Assembly: GCA_963514005.1 (NCBI GenBank)
Contig: OY740813.1
Span: 9,672,001 to 9,736,000 of the forward strand
From: Raja brachyura
Taxonomy: Eukaryota
DNA: 64,000 bases
Reading direction: 5' to 3'
Each line of letters begins with the position of its first letter. The first letter of the stretch is position 1. This document shows, one piece after another, positions 45,934 through 58,000 of the stretch. The position numbers were made by a program, and so were the translations under genes. The notes below the pieces were generated by a model. It was not told where the DNA came from, did not search any database, and was given only the letters and a program-made list of their open reading frames with translations.

Positions 45934-48900
45934 CAGAGATCATTTTCCTTTGAAGTTGTAATAATTTTGTTGATTGTAACTATTGCACAACTTTCCTGTG
46001 ATGCACATTACGATTTTGATCAGTCGTGCTCCATTGATATCTTTTGACAATGCAGCTTATTTTTTCTTAAGGGTCCCGACTCAAAACATCACCCGTGTCC
46101 TTCAGTGATGCTGCCTGATCTGCTGAGTTACTCCAGCGCTTAGTTGGTTTTTGGAGACCAGCACATGCAGTTCCTTCTTTCTCCATCTTTTTTTCTTGCC
46201 TGTTTTAATTGTGTAATTCCCCATTCATCTCTTCAAGGAACCAGTACTGCATCTTCTAATCATAACTTTTGCTGGATAAGAACACATTTATATTTCAAAT
46301 GGAACACCTTGATGTTTGTTTTTTATGCAACAGTGTACTTGGACAGGTCTGAAAGGCTACTAGTTTTTTGTAAGCTTGCCCAGTTAATCTTCAAAGTAAA
46401 CAAATCCCACAATCATTTTCAAAATTTTGAATTCATGTTTTTCAAGACAATCCAATTTTCCCTTTAATTTACTGCTGTAGCCTTCTGCCGACTCCGTCCA
46501 TTCACCAGATTCTGCAATAAACTTCACTCTATAATGTCTAATCTTCCTGCTGCTAAATCAAGAGTGGTACCCTTATTATGCTAATCATTTGCTTTATCTT
46601 TTAATTTCTTGACTATTTTCAAAGATAATTTGAAAGTGTTCTCTAACTCAAACATTCCCAGCTTCCACACTTCTCCCCCTCATTCGAGTGTTTGCTGCCA
46701 GAAACAAATGTATTTGTTTTTTATTGTTGTTTTTCAGTTCATCTATTACTTAGGAATGATGAGTATAGAGCTCTGTGCTTTTTTGAAAATTAAATGGTTC
46801 TGTAATCCAGTTAAAGCCATTCCATTGGCCGTCTTGTAGGACATGGATGATGAAGGAAAATTAAAAGAACGTCTTGCACGGCTCTGCTTCACTTATTTAA
46901 ATGGAATAAGCTGCTGATATAAAAGCTAAAATCTTTTACACTGGCTCAAGAATTAGTTAAATGGAAATAAAATGTTATAACTGCTTTGAAAGTTATAATC
47001 ATCACACAAATGAATAATTTAGTACTACCAGCACCAATAGTAATTCAACTTGCTGAGTATTCAGTGTTATTTCAGTTTCACTGAAGTGCAAGATTTCAAA
47101 ATTAGGCAGGGAACAATCCAGGCAATTGGGTATGTTAGTTGGTACCCAGGTAATGGCAAAACATTTGTATAAAGTTTGGAAATGATTCCTGCAGTAACCG
47201 GAAAATATAGGTATTGTATATCTAACATGCAGGATGACTGGGAAAGATGAATGTCCACGCCTCTAAATTAAGCAAGACACTTTATATAACATGTACATTC
47301 ATTCTAAGTGTTATTTCACTGGTGTTTCCTGCGCAGGCTATTCAAATAAAAACCATTGTGAGATATGCAGATTACCAATCAGAAGAGATTGTTAAAAAAT
47401 AACTTTGGCCACAGATGCCAATTTTAGCCTCTCACACATATTCTCTTCTCTTGGAACCCAGGCAAGATGATTTTTAATTTTTGGGAAAACGATGTTAACA
47501 ATAATACAATTATTTTTAATTAATTTAATTTAACATTCAATTCTATTAAATAACTGCTTCACCGATGCTGAGCATACGGGGAGAATATTTAGGTGAGCAC
47601 CTGATTTTAACAGTAAATTAAAAGAATATCTACCTTTTGGTGGTTGGGAAAGAAATTAGAATCTAATGGCGTAGGTTGAAAAGGACTAAGTGTTTGAAGT
47701 ATCCCCAAATTGGAAAAGGCACAATTTCCCTCTGTATTAAAACTGCTTTGAAATGAATTGAGTTTGAATCTGCAATAAACTAACTTGTTACGAATTTGTT
47801 TATATTAATAATATCCATCTATTTGGGCATTTAAGAAACATGTATATTGGTGTGAATGGCTGTTCTAGTCATTGATATGACTTTATGACTGACAGATTTC
47901 CTTTACATAAACGCATGGCTAAAAGCAAACAAGATTATTTTTCCCTCATTAATCCCAAAACTTGCATTTATAGCCATTTGATTTTGGACCATTACTGCTC
48001 CTTTACTTATTTTTTAATACTTTAAAGAGTACCAACTTCCTTCGCCAGGAGAAAAAAAAGGCTAATGACACAATATTGAATGCGTGCTTGTACTTCAGTG
48101 TGTTCCTAGCATTCTGTTCAGAAAACACAAGTTCCTGGTTCTTTCCAATGCAAAGATTATAAATTAAACTAATCAGAGGAGATTACAAAAGAAACCCTGG
48201 CCATAGTTATGCAAAAATTAGCTCCCTTTGAACCTGGATGAGGTGATTATATTTTGGGTAAGTGACCATTTGCTCAGACATCAAAACAATGTATATAATT
48301 CTAATAGACAATTATATATAAAGCTTCTGGCTAGGTATTGGTTGAAACACCAGATGAGAGTGATTTAAATCAAATGAGGTTGGGAGGGGGGGAGATGCTG
48401 CTGGTGCGACTGTGTACTTGTACACTAAAACTTGCATTTGGTGCAGATGCATTACAAATTTAAAAATCAACAAGTCAAGGACTTAAGTAGAAAAACCAAA
48501 GTTGCCATGTATTTAACATATCATTTGAAACAGGTATGGCTGAAACTTTGTTCCTGCAATTTTATTCCTGAAACCTAAGAGCAAGCTATTCAACCATCAA
48601 CTTAAACATGGTTTTCAAACTACGCCAGAAACAGCATTTTCACTAAGAAAAATGACAGTACTCACAAACAGCAACGTTTATAACAAAAATTCAACGTTAA
48701 AAGGGAAATCTACCTCCAAAAAAGTTATCTTTTTAATGTGCCATTACCCTAAATACATGACTGTCCATCCAAAATTTGCTACATATCAAATGTCACATTT
48801 TTAGAGAATTTAAAAATTAAAAAAAACATTAATTTTGTATTTTACAGATCATTATCTTCATGGGTGCATATGAGGCAGGGGATCTTCGCCTCCTGGACTG

Positions 48901-51102
48901 CAGTATTTCACCCAAATAGATTAAATGAGACAGCAGTAAATGGGGAAACTCAATTCGGCAGAATTTCATTGAGAGATGTACTATATGACGAAGGAACCAA
49001 ACCTAGTTTTGGTATATTTACCATTTCACATTTTTATTTATTTGTCTTTCTTCCGTTATATTATTCCACAAGTGGATCTCCAAGAACGAAGGATCTCACC
49101 ACCCAAGAAATGGAACAAAGATTTAATGGGAAAACTCTGGCTCATTTGAATAAATTCCCATCATAAATAGCTGGGTTTAAATTTTAAGTTTGGTCCATCA
49201 AATTGGAAGAAAAATAAATCCACAGATTTATTAATTTTTTTTCAGACATTATTAAAGTCATTCTGGATTTTGACTTTACAGAAAGTCAGATGTTTTCTCT
49301 TGTAAGTGGGGACAGAGCAATGCATGTGGAGTGAGCAATGTGATCATTAATTCTGAAATAACCAATATATGATATGAATGTGAAAAATAAGCTCATATAT
49401 GGCTATGATATGAAGACGATGCAGCATACTAGTACTTGAATTGTAGGTTGAAAACAGCATCAAGGACAGTCAAACACACTTTCCATTTCACCTGTTCAAT
49501 TTCTCTTAGAATAACAATGTTTAAAATAGCTTTAAAGTAGGAGAGAAGACTTGGCAGGGTTCAGAATATAAAGTAACACAATGGAAATTCTATGACTACA
49601 ATGTTGAAGAGAAACAAAATAAGATTGAATTTCCAGGGAAAACAAGGTTAAGCACGGATTTGACTATCGTTTCAAGATACTGGTGAATTATACAGATGTG
49701 GGAGGGATAGTAACAGAAGAGGGAAACTTTTTTTTTCATTGGTTAGGCTTGAAAAGTACGGAAGATTTCAAAAAACTATCAGTGATCATGTAAAAACTTC
49801 AACACTCAAGGGATGATAAAGATTTGAAGCCCTACTGCTAGATCAACTTCCAACTTTGAATCCAAAAATGTAAGAGTTCGAAGGAGTTCTAGGACATGGT
49901 ATTAGTTAACAGATAATCCATATTTTCATTGATCAGCAGACAAGCTGGAGGAGCTAAATAACCTTGTACTGTTCCTTGCGTTACAGATGCTGGAACACGC
50001 CTAGTCTCATTGCTTGTGTTTTTGTTTAAAAGTAAACATATTATTTCAGTTGTATGATGTTATCAATTCTATATTGGCATCAATATCAAGAAGAGTCTTG
50101 TACGCTAACATGAGAACTAAATGTGACGATGAAATTGCTCATCACGAAAAGGTGCTTTGAAAAGCGATTTGGAAGGTTTGTTGGGAATACATCAGAAATT
50201 ATCCCCATACATGCCTGACTTTAATCTATTTGCATGTGCAAAGAACCTGAACTTGATAACTGAGGCTAAAAACAGCATCTATCAAGTTGCTCCCTATTAC
50301 CCACTGTAACTGGAATTCTCTTTTCTGGATCATTGGCCAATAACCCTTCCCTCAATGCTTCAAGAGGGTAGATTGTTAGAAATTGCATGACTTCCTAGGT
50401 GAGGTATGTCTGTGCATGTAAGTATGCAGTTCACACAACATGCAATTAATCTTGCATTGCACAGCAAGTTGTCTACATTGTACCAAGTGAGGTGCACATA
50501 CTGTTTAAAAGTAGATTTATCATGGTACTGGGAATTGGTTTGATCAGTGATACAAGTTGCATATGATGATCACAAAGCAAAGGCATCCTAGTTGGAGTAA
50601 TTACAGTCTACTCAACAACACCAACTTCACAATCGCTTGCCAATTTGAAAGGAAACATTTTTTTTCAGTAAGCAAAGGTCTCAAGCCTACAACTGATCAT
50701 TCATTCCGTTTACCCAAGCTTGACTCATCAGCCATGAAGAGCAATGGTTGATCAACTGGTATAATTCAACCACCGTAAATAAAGTCTGTAATGACACCTT
50801 AAAATAAAAACACTGAAGACAAATATTCTTAAGATGCAATCGTAAAATCTTTGGAGCACTGCGGTCATCTCTAATTCCGTAACAGGATGGAAAATATTTC
50901 TGAATGGATACTGCATTGAGATTTTACACTCACAACCAGCAATGGACTTACACATGATTCTTCCCTCACTGAGAAAGGGAAATATATAACCATTGATGGG
51001 CGACTGACCCACTGAATTTAAAATGGTGGCAGAAGTATCTTATACGCTGCAGGCGGTGACATTTAGCCCAGTGGTGTACAATTAACCCCCCACAAAAATA
51101 AA

Positions 51103-52089
51103 TTACTTCTTCCGCCTCAAAGCGGGACGACGACCACGCACTGCCCTGCCAGATCTTGTTCTTGGAATTTTGCGTTCCACAGGCTCATCCTTCTCACCTA
51201 GCTCATTTTCTTCGCCTTTGACATCTGTCTCTTCGCCCTCCTTCTCTGCCAGGCAGCTATCAGTCAGGTGCTCGTCTTCACCATCCTCTGTCTCACTGGG
51301 GTCCTCGGCCTTGGACGAGCCCAGGTCACATTCCTCATTCCCATCCTGCTCTTCACCTGCCACCTCACTGCCCACAATAGAGCTGGACTCACATTTGTCA
51401 GAGCTGGGTTCCTGCTTCCCCTCCACTTCGACACTTGGCATTTCGTTCTCTGTACACGGGCTGTCTGTTAAGTTGCAATCAAACTTTACATCCGGCATAT
51501 TGCCAATGACTGTATTATCTTGATCACTGCCATCCAGATTCTCAGGCTGGAGCTTCTGCAAAGGGGAACAACTATCTATATTGTTACGATTGGCTGCATT
51601 GGGAATGATACCGTCATCTGAAGGTGTAGCACTTTCAGCTTCACAACTCGACTCACATTTGTCAGATCTGGGTTCCTGCTCCCCCTCCACTTTGCCACTT
51701 GGCATTTCGTTCTTTGCACATGGGCTGTCTGTTAAGTTGCTATCAAACTTCACATCAGGCATATCGCCAATGACTGTATCACCTTGAGCACTGCCATCTG
51801 GATTCTCAGGCTGCAGCTTCTGCAAAGGAGAACAACTGTCTATATTGTTACCGTCGGTTGCATTGGGAATGATATCGTCATCTGTAGGTGTAGCAGTTTC
51901 AGCTTCACAACTTGTCACTTCCATTTCAGGATTGCTGCCAGTGATGTTTGCAGATTTTAGGTCTTCCTCCGCTTGGTTCCCACTTGCTAGTATTTGATCA
52001 TCTGTTGAACCAAGGCTGTCCACCACAGAAGCCACTGGTTCTTGATAAGATACGGATAAATAATCCTGGGCTCTTTGTGCTTTGTAACC
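51103..52089 (-). CDS. CIZ1: CIZ1 terminal exon, 328 aa, acidic with basic C-terminus
   Basis: atacag|GGT TAC AAA GCA continues the frame (cf. KYKA after MH3); long open frame to TAA. Confidence 0.8.
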   Translation of the reverse strand, partial: GYKAQRAQDYLSVSYQEPVASVVDSLGSTDDQILASGNQAEEDLKSANITGSNPEMEVTSCEAETATPTDDDIIPNATDGNNIDSCSPLQKLQPENPDGSAQGDTVIGDMPDVKFDSNLTDSPCAKNEMPSGKVEGEQEPRSDKCESSCEAESATPSDDGIIPNAANRNNIDSCSPLQKLQPENLDGSDQDNTVIGNMPDVKFDCNLTDSPCTENEMPSVEVEGKQEPSSDKCESSSIVGSEVAGEEQDGNEECDLGSSKAEDPSETEDGEDEHLTDSCLAEKEGEETDVKGEENELGEKDEPVERKIPRTRSGRAVRGRRPALRRKK

Positions 52090-55000
52090 CTGTATCAACA
52101 AAGAAATCAGGAAAAAACTGACAAAGGCTCATATCTCAGATTACTGCGAACAAATAGTATTAATACTTCCTCTTCAAGATCCAATGCTTTGGTTTTTTCT
52201 GCTTAAGAATGTTGTGAAGTGACCACTTAAATCTTTGTCATCTTGTAACTGATGTCATAAAATTATTATAAATATTTCTCACTGTCCCAATTCCCCCCCC
52301 CCCCCCATTTTACTGGGAATTATATTGATGCTGAACAACTTACTCAGCACAAAGTATTTACAATATGTAAAACAACCCCACTCCTAATAAGTCAATGACC
52401 TGTTACATTGATGAACCTCAATGCTATCGCTACACCTGTTTGTTCATTCCAAATAATCACCCGTTTGGTCATTCCAAATTTATTTAGATCTTAAGGGTTT
52501 TCACATCCCTCCAAGTCCTCAAACAACCCATGTAACAGGGGTACTATCCCAAATCCTCCAAGATCTCGTCACTTCACTCATATTGGCACCTTGCAGTTTT
52601 AATCCTTGCAATGTCCTTCTTGCCACCCAGATCCAAAGTTTTTCTTCTAATTCAAGATGATCTTTAAAACTTGCTTCTCTGTTCTAACCTTTGTCAACCG
52701 TATACTGACAGAAATATGGATTTTCTTTTATGTGTACCTCCGTGGGAGTAGATGAATTCAAGAGGAGGAGATGGTTTCTACAGGAGAAGGTGCTATTGGA
52801 ACAATTGAGTGATAATTTAAAACATATTTCGCCTACCACTGACCCATTTCACCTGACAAATGGGAACCACTTTACCAATACTTCAGAGACATTCTCAAAG
52901 TGCATTTTGGATCTATTAGGAATTTGTTCCGAAACACCAAATATTAGATGCAAAGGAAATAATTCATGATACATTTACTTAAAATACAGAGCAATATAAC
53001 TTCCTGTATGTTAGGTTGTTTGAGAATCTAATCTAAAGAGTACTCTTTCCAGCCTTCTAGGCATCCTAACATATACTCCTGAAAAATCACGAGTTACCAA
53101 AGGACTGGGCGAATAGAGTAGACACAAATAGCATTATGCCATCGAAATGCTGACAGCAACACCAGCACCAATGGCTTGTTGCAACATAAGATGGTATCCA
53201 AATTATGCAATTGGAGATCTGAAAACGCTGGAGATTTTTGATTGGGGTTTAAGGTGAAATTTACAGTCTGTGAAAGCAAACCCATGACACGTTTAAAGCA
53301 TTATTTTAAAAATACCAGTCACAAATGTGTATGTAAATGTAAAAGATGGTGCACAGTGTGGAACTGCACTAACTAAATGTAATTATATTGGGTTTTTTTT
53401 GCTTGGAATGGATTAGATGCAACAAAAGTACGAAGCTGTACAGCTGCAAATTTTCTTAACAGTTACTTGAAAAATTCAATGACAAAGTCGCATAATTGGA
53501 AAATGTGTGAAGACATGGCATCTTTTGCTGCTTCTCCTTAAACTCATAAATGCATCACATGCGTTGGGGGTGGGGACGGGTTCATTCAAATCCCTAATAA
53601 TGTGTGGAGTTGTTCCCTCATTTTGTGCTTGGGCTAGCGTGGTACTAAAGGAGGAAGTCAGCTCGAAATTGAACTACAAAAATGACAATGTAACTTTTTG
53701 CTCAATTACTTTCTATAGAACAATTAACACGCCAAGAAACATATGCTGCAATATTAAGATGGCAAAGAGAAATGTGAAACCCCAAGAATTAGTAGGTTAA
53801 GCAAGCAGCTTGTAGTCCAGCAAACAATAACTGCATGACGACAGACTACAAATTAGTGAAGAGGATTCAAATAAATGAGAAACAACATAAGATGACAATT
53901 GGACTGCCATTATAAATTCAAATGAAAAATAAGTAACACAGTAGCCATAATTTAAACCTTCAAAGCTCAATAGAAAATCAATGCTTAACAGGTCACAGAC
54001 TTGCTCCAATTTTCTTTCATGAGGATACATTATCAATACCACTTCATTAGCATTTTGTATTGAGGGATCGGTAACAACATTAAACGCATCCAGATCTAGC
54101 AAAGGGATAGATACAACGCTAACCTAGTTTGCCAAACAATGCACCTCAATGCCCATGTCCTTTCCCACATTCCTGATTCCACAGCATCTCTGGATTGCAG
54201 TACCTCAATTATAAATTTTAAAGGTGTTTTTTCTGGTGAATCATGTCTATAAAATTCTTTAATTTAAATCAATGGAGCTAAGTTCACAAACATGGTATTC
54301 TCATCTAGTTTGGAGCTATTAAAATTATTGATTTTCCAAATATAAACCACTTCATTCTTATTTTGACCAGTTAAAGAGAGGTACGCTGAATAGGACAAAA
54401 CTTTAAAGCTGCATGGTACATTTTCACCAACACAACATGGATGATTAAATGCTCGATCAAACAGGAGATTAAATACTTCAGATACATTTTCTTAAACTGG
54501 GAACATTCTAGTTGCTTACATAAAACTGAAGTACATTTGGTAGAAGTGAAGGGATTTTAAAGCAAGCCTGAGACTACGCTAAACACCATCATTAGATAGA
54601 GGCCCTGGAGAAAGGGCCCAGGAAGGAAGGGGGGGGGGGGGGGGGGGGGGAGGTGTGGATTGGGGCTAGGGGTGAGAAAGGGCGGCAGTAAGAATAAAGG
54701 TGGGTTAAAAAAGATGGAAAAGAAAGGTAAATAAATTAGGTGGGTTGAGAGATGATAAAGATAGCGAGGAGAGAAAGAAAATGAAATATTGGCCACTTAA
54801 TGCAACAACTATCTCACCTGAAAGTTCTGAAAATGCATCAGTGACTTGCAGTGGGTAAATCTGGCAGTGGACTCAGAATGGTAGAATTTATGACACAACT
54901 TGCAGAGGAAACCTGTCACAGGGACCACATATTCCTGGCCTGTGGAGGAGAGGGGAACCAAGATTATCACTAAGTTACATTGAATGTGCCCTAATCATAA

Positions 55001-58000
55001 AAGCACACAAATCAAAAATAAACATGGAATTGCACACAATATTTACTTAAAAAAAACTAAAATTAACTGTATAATAATTAACAGAAAATTGGCACAATCA
55101 GCATTATGAATTAAGGCTCCACATAAAAATAAACCAACTTCCAGATTCAGAGATAAATGGAGGTGCATAGTGAAAGGTTTTCATGGTATTATAAGGGAAA
55201 TTTACAATCATTTAATGGATACAAATTGTTTTGGTACAAGAACCAATTTAGTAATCTGTACTAGATATAACTAGGCTCTTAGGGTAGGCTCAGCAACAGG
55301 AGAATAACAATCAGAACTGGAATCTATTGTTCGTAATCAACTGATTCTAAATAACTTACTAGGCAATCTATATTTTTTTAATTGAATGGAAAAGACTGAA
55401 CTTTGGAAAAACATGTCCCATTTAAACTTGTTTTTAAAGGTTCTGCTGCTTGGTGTATGAGCTCAATGTCTGAGAGGTCAAATTTTAAAACAAAGGTAGA
55501 CAAAAATGCCGGAGAAACTCAGTGGGTTAGGCGGCATCTATAGGGCGAAGGAATAGGTGACGTTTCAGGTCGGATTACCTTCTCTGGCCAGCTTTCCAAT
55601 CTGAAATTGTATTCTATAAAAAACTAATTGGATAAATTTGGAATTTGAAGGATGATTTATAAAGTACGTGTAAAGGCAAAAGACAAAGATGGAGCTTTGA
55701 CGCTGTGCCTGAAATGGTTAAAATATGAGGCTACGGACAAAGTGCATCTGTATTCTCGAGTTTAGAAACTTGAAGGGTAACATACTCAAGATATTTTTTA
55801 AAAATTCAGATGTGATAGTAATTGCTGTGACTATTTCTTCTCGTGGAAATATCTTGAACAAAAGATCGTATAAATGCTATCAGGGAATTTCAATTCACTA
55901 GCATCTTCACATCTGGAATTTGTTCCCCCAAGGAAACTGTGGACGGTGGAGCTCCATTGAAATTTTCACATTAGGGACTGCCAGATTTTTGAAATCAGGT
56001 ATTGAAGGATAAAATAAAAGATGAAAAATGGAGTGAAACGAAAGTTCAATCACAATGCAGCTCAATGGCAGGGTACAGGCCCGAGGAATGAAGTCTGATT
56101 ATTCCGAAGTTGACAATATTTTCAGGGAGACATCACCCTTGTCATTTTCATGCAAGATAGTGAAGTTTGGAAAACGGCAGAGGAATGGTAATGTTTATCA
56201 CAGAAAGAGATGTATCCAGACTTACATAAAGGCATTTAGGATAGGATATTTCTGGTTATATTTGCAGATTAGTCCAAAGTACTGAAACAATTTCGATGAA
56301 TACAGTAATTGGAGAAGGCAGATAGGTATCTCTATCCTGTCAGTGGGTGCTAAACCAGGTAGCTCCGAAAAAAAGTTGCGAGGAGAAAAAGGATTTTAAA
56401 AAATGGTTTCAATGTGTTGAAATGGGGATGAGACACCCAAGGCTTCACACTTTACTTTTAATGAGAGTTTTCCTATTTTGCACACTAATATAGTGAGAAT
56501 AATAAACCACTGATCAATCCATGCACACAAAATGCATTTCTTATTTATACCCAGACAGTATACCTATCTGCTCCCTTCTTCCCCCCAAATTATTGCTCAT
56601 TATAACACCAGTCCTTTTACAATCTATTATTCTACTATTCTTTAATTGCTAAATTAAATGAACAAATCTGAGGGCAGATGTGTGCAATGGATTTGTACAT
56701 CTGAGATCAGAACAAACTATATGCAGAATGTTTGAGTTATCATAATTGATGCCAAATCATGTCCATAATTTAATAATTAGAATCTTGTTAAAAATACAGC
56801 ATGGGGGTAATTAGACTAACAGCAACCATTTAAAACCAGTGATGATAATCACAGTGCATAGCAGCCTTCTGGAGATAAGTATAATATCACAACTCAATTG
56901 GAATAATCAGATAATCTATTTTGTTTTAACTCCCAATGCACCTCTTTAGATCAATGTATGTTGCCTGGCAAACAGTTAATTATATTTCTTTAAACTAAGG
57001 GGAAAATAATGATTCTGTTCCTTCTGTATTCTACCTATCCCCCAAGCTAAACTTTCCCCATAATTGGTCTCTAGCCCAATCCTGAACCCACATTTTCCTT
57101 GAGATATTTTCCCAGTTCCACAGTCCCCTTCAGATGCACCATATAGACCCAGTAGTTCTGACAATCCTATTTGTACTAAACTGCTCCAATTAAACCAATT
57201 AAACTTAGAACTAAACCAATTTCCCTTCTCAGTATGCATGCTAGCTGATGATGTCATCTGCTTTCTGATCTTCCTTTCAAACCTGGCACCTTCATCCCAA
57301 CATGATTGTCTTCACTATTTATTTACTCCCCTCAGCAATATCTCAGACCAAACCATTTGTCACATGGGGTTTTCTTTTTGACTCAACATGAACCTCACAC
57401 ACATCGAGCCATGGCATTTCTCTTGTATTTTTGCAACTTCTTTGAAGCCGATAATTCTCTGATTCTTATTTCTTTGCATCTACCATTATCAGCCATGGCC
57501 CCAGCCATCCAAGTTTTCAATTATCGAATTGTAGTCAACTTTATATCATTCTCTTTGGGATCCTGTTCAGAATCTACATTTCCAGCTGAATGTTTCTGAC
57601 ACCAATGCTGAACTTCCCTTTACTTGGTGCTTATCTGATTATGATAATGTAAGATTCCTTGATATCTTACATTGGATATATTACAAAAATCCAGTGTAGA
57701 AAATGAGGAACATTTCATTAAATTAAAAACTAACATTTGTGTGATTTTCCCAGTCTACATTATTAAGTTCGCCTTACTTGGGTGAATTTATTAGGGTATA
57801 ATGAAGAAAAGCACTGATCAACATTACTTTTTTCAGTACTCACCGTATACAGTCTCTGTATCATATGGCTCCTTCCGGTATTCTGGCATCAAGGTCTAAA
57901 TATGCAAAGCAGATGTTTATTTTTTTCTCCCCCATTCTAAAATACAAATTGTAAATACCATGAATGTTATTTCAGAGATGTCAAGCAAACCCAGAGGGCA

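Noticed and set aside
46200-51100. Hidden gene between BBLN and CIZ1
   Set aside because: AT-rich with no coherent exon chain; best explained as convergent 3' UTRs, intergenic DNA and a decayed LINE near 49550-49980
51170-51787. Ser-rich plus-strand ORFs
   Set aside because: Antisense shadows of the Glu/Asp-rich CIZ1 terminal exon
54620-54690. Poly-G tract as a functional G-quadruplex
   Set aside because: Similar G/C homopolymers occur throughout the window (e.g. 14107, 14479, 52293, 58016), often within repeats; nothing specific supports function
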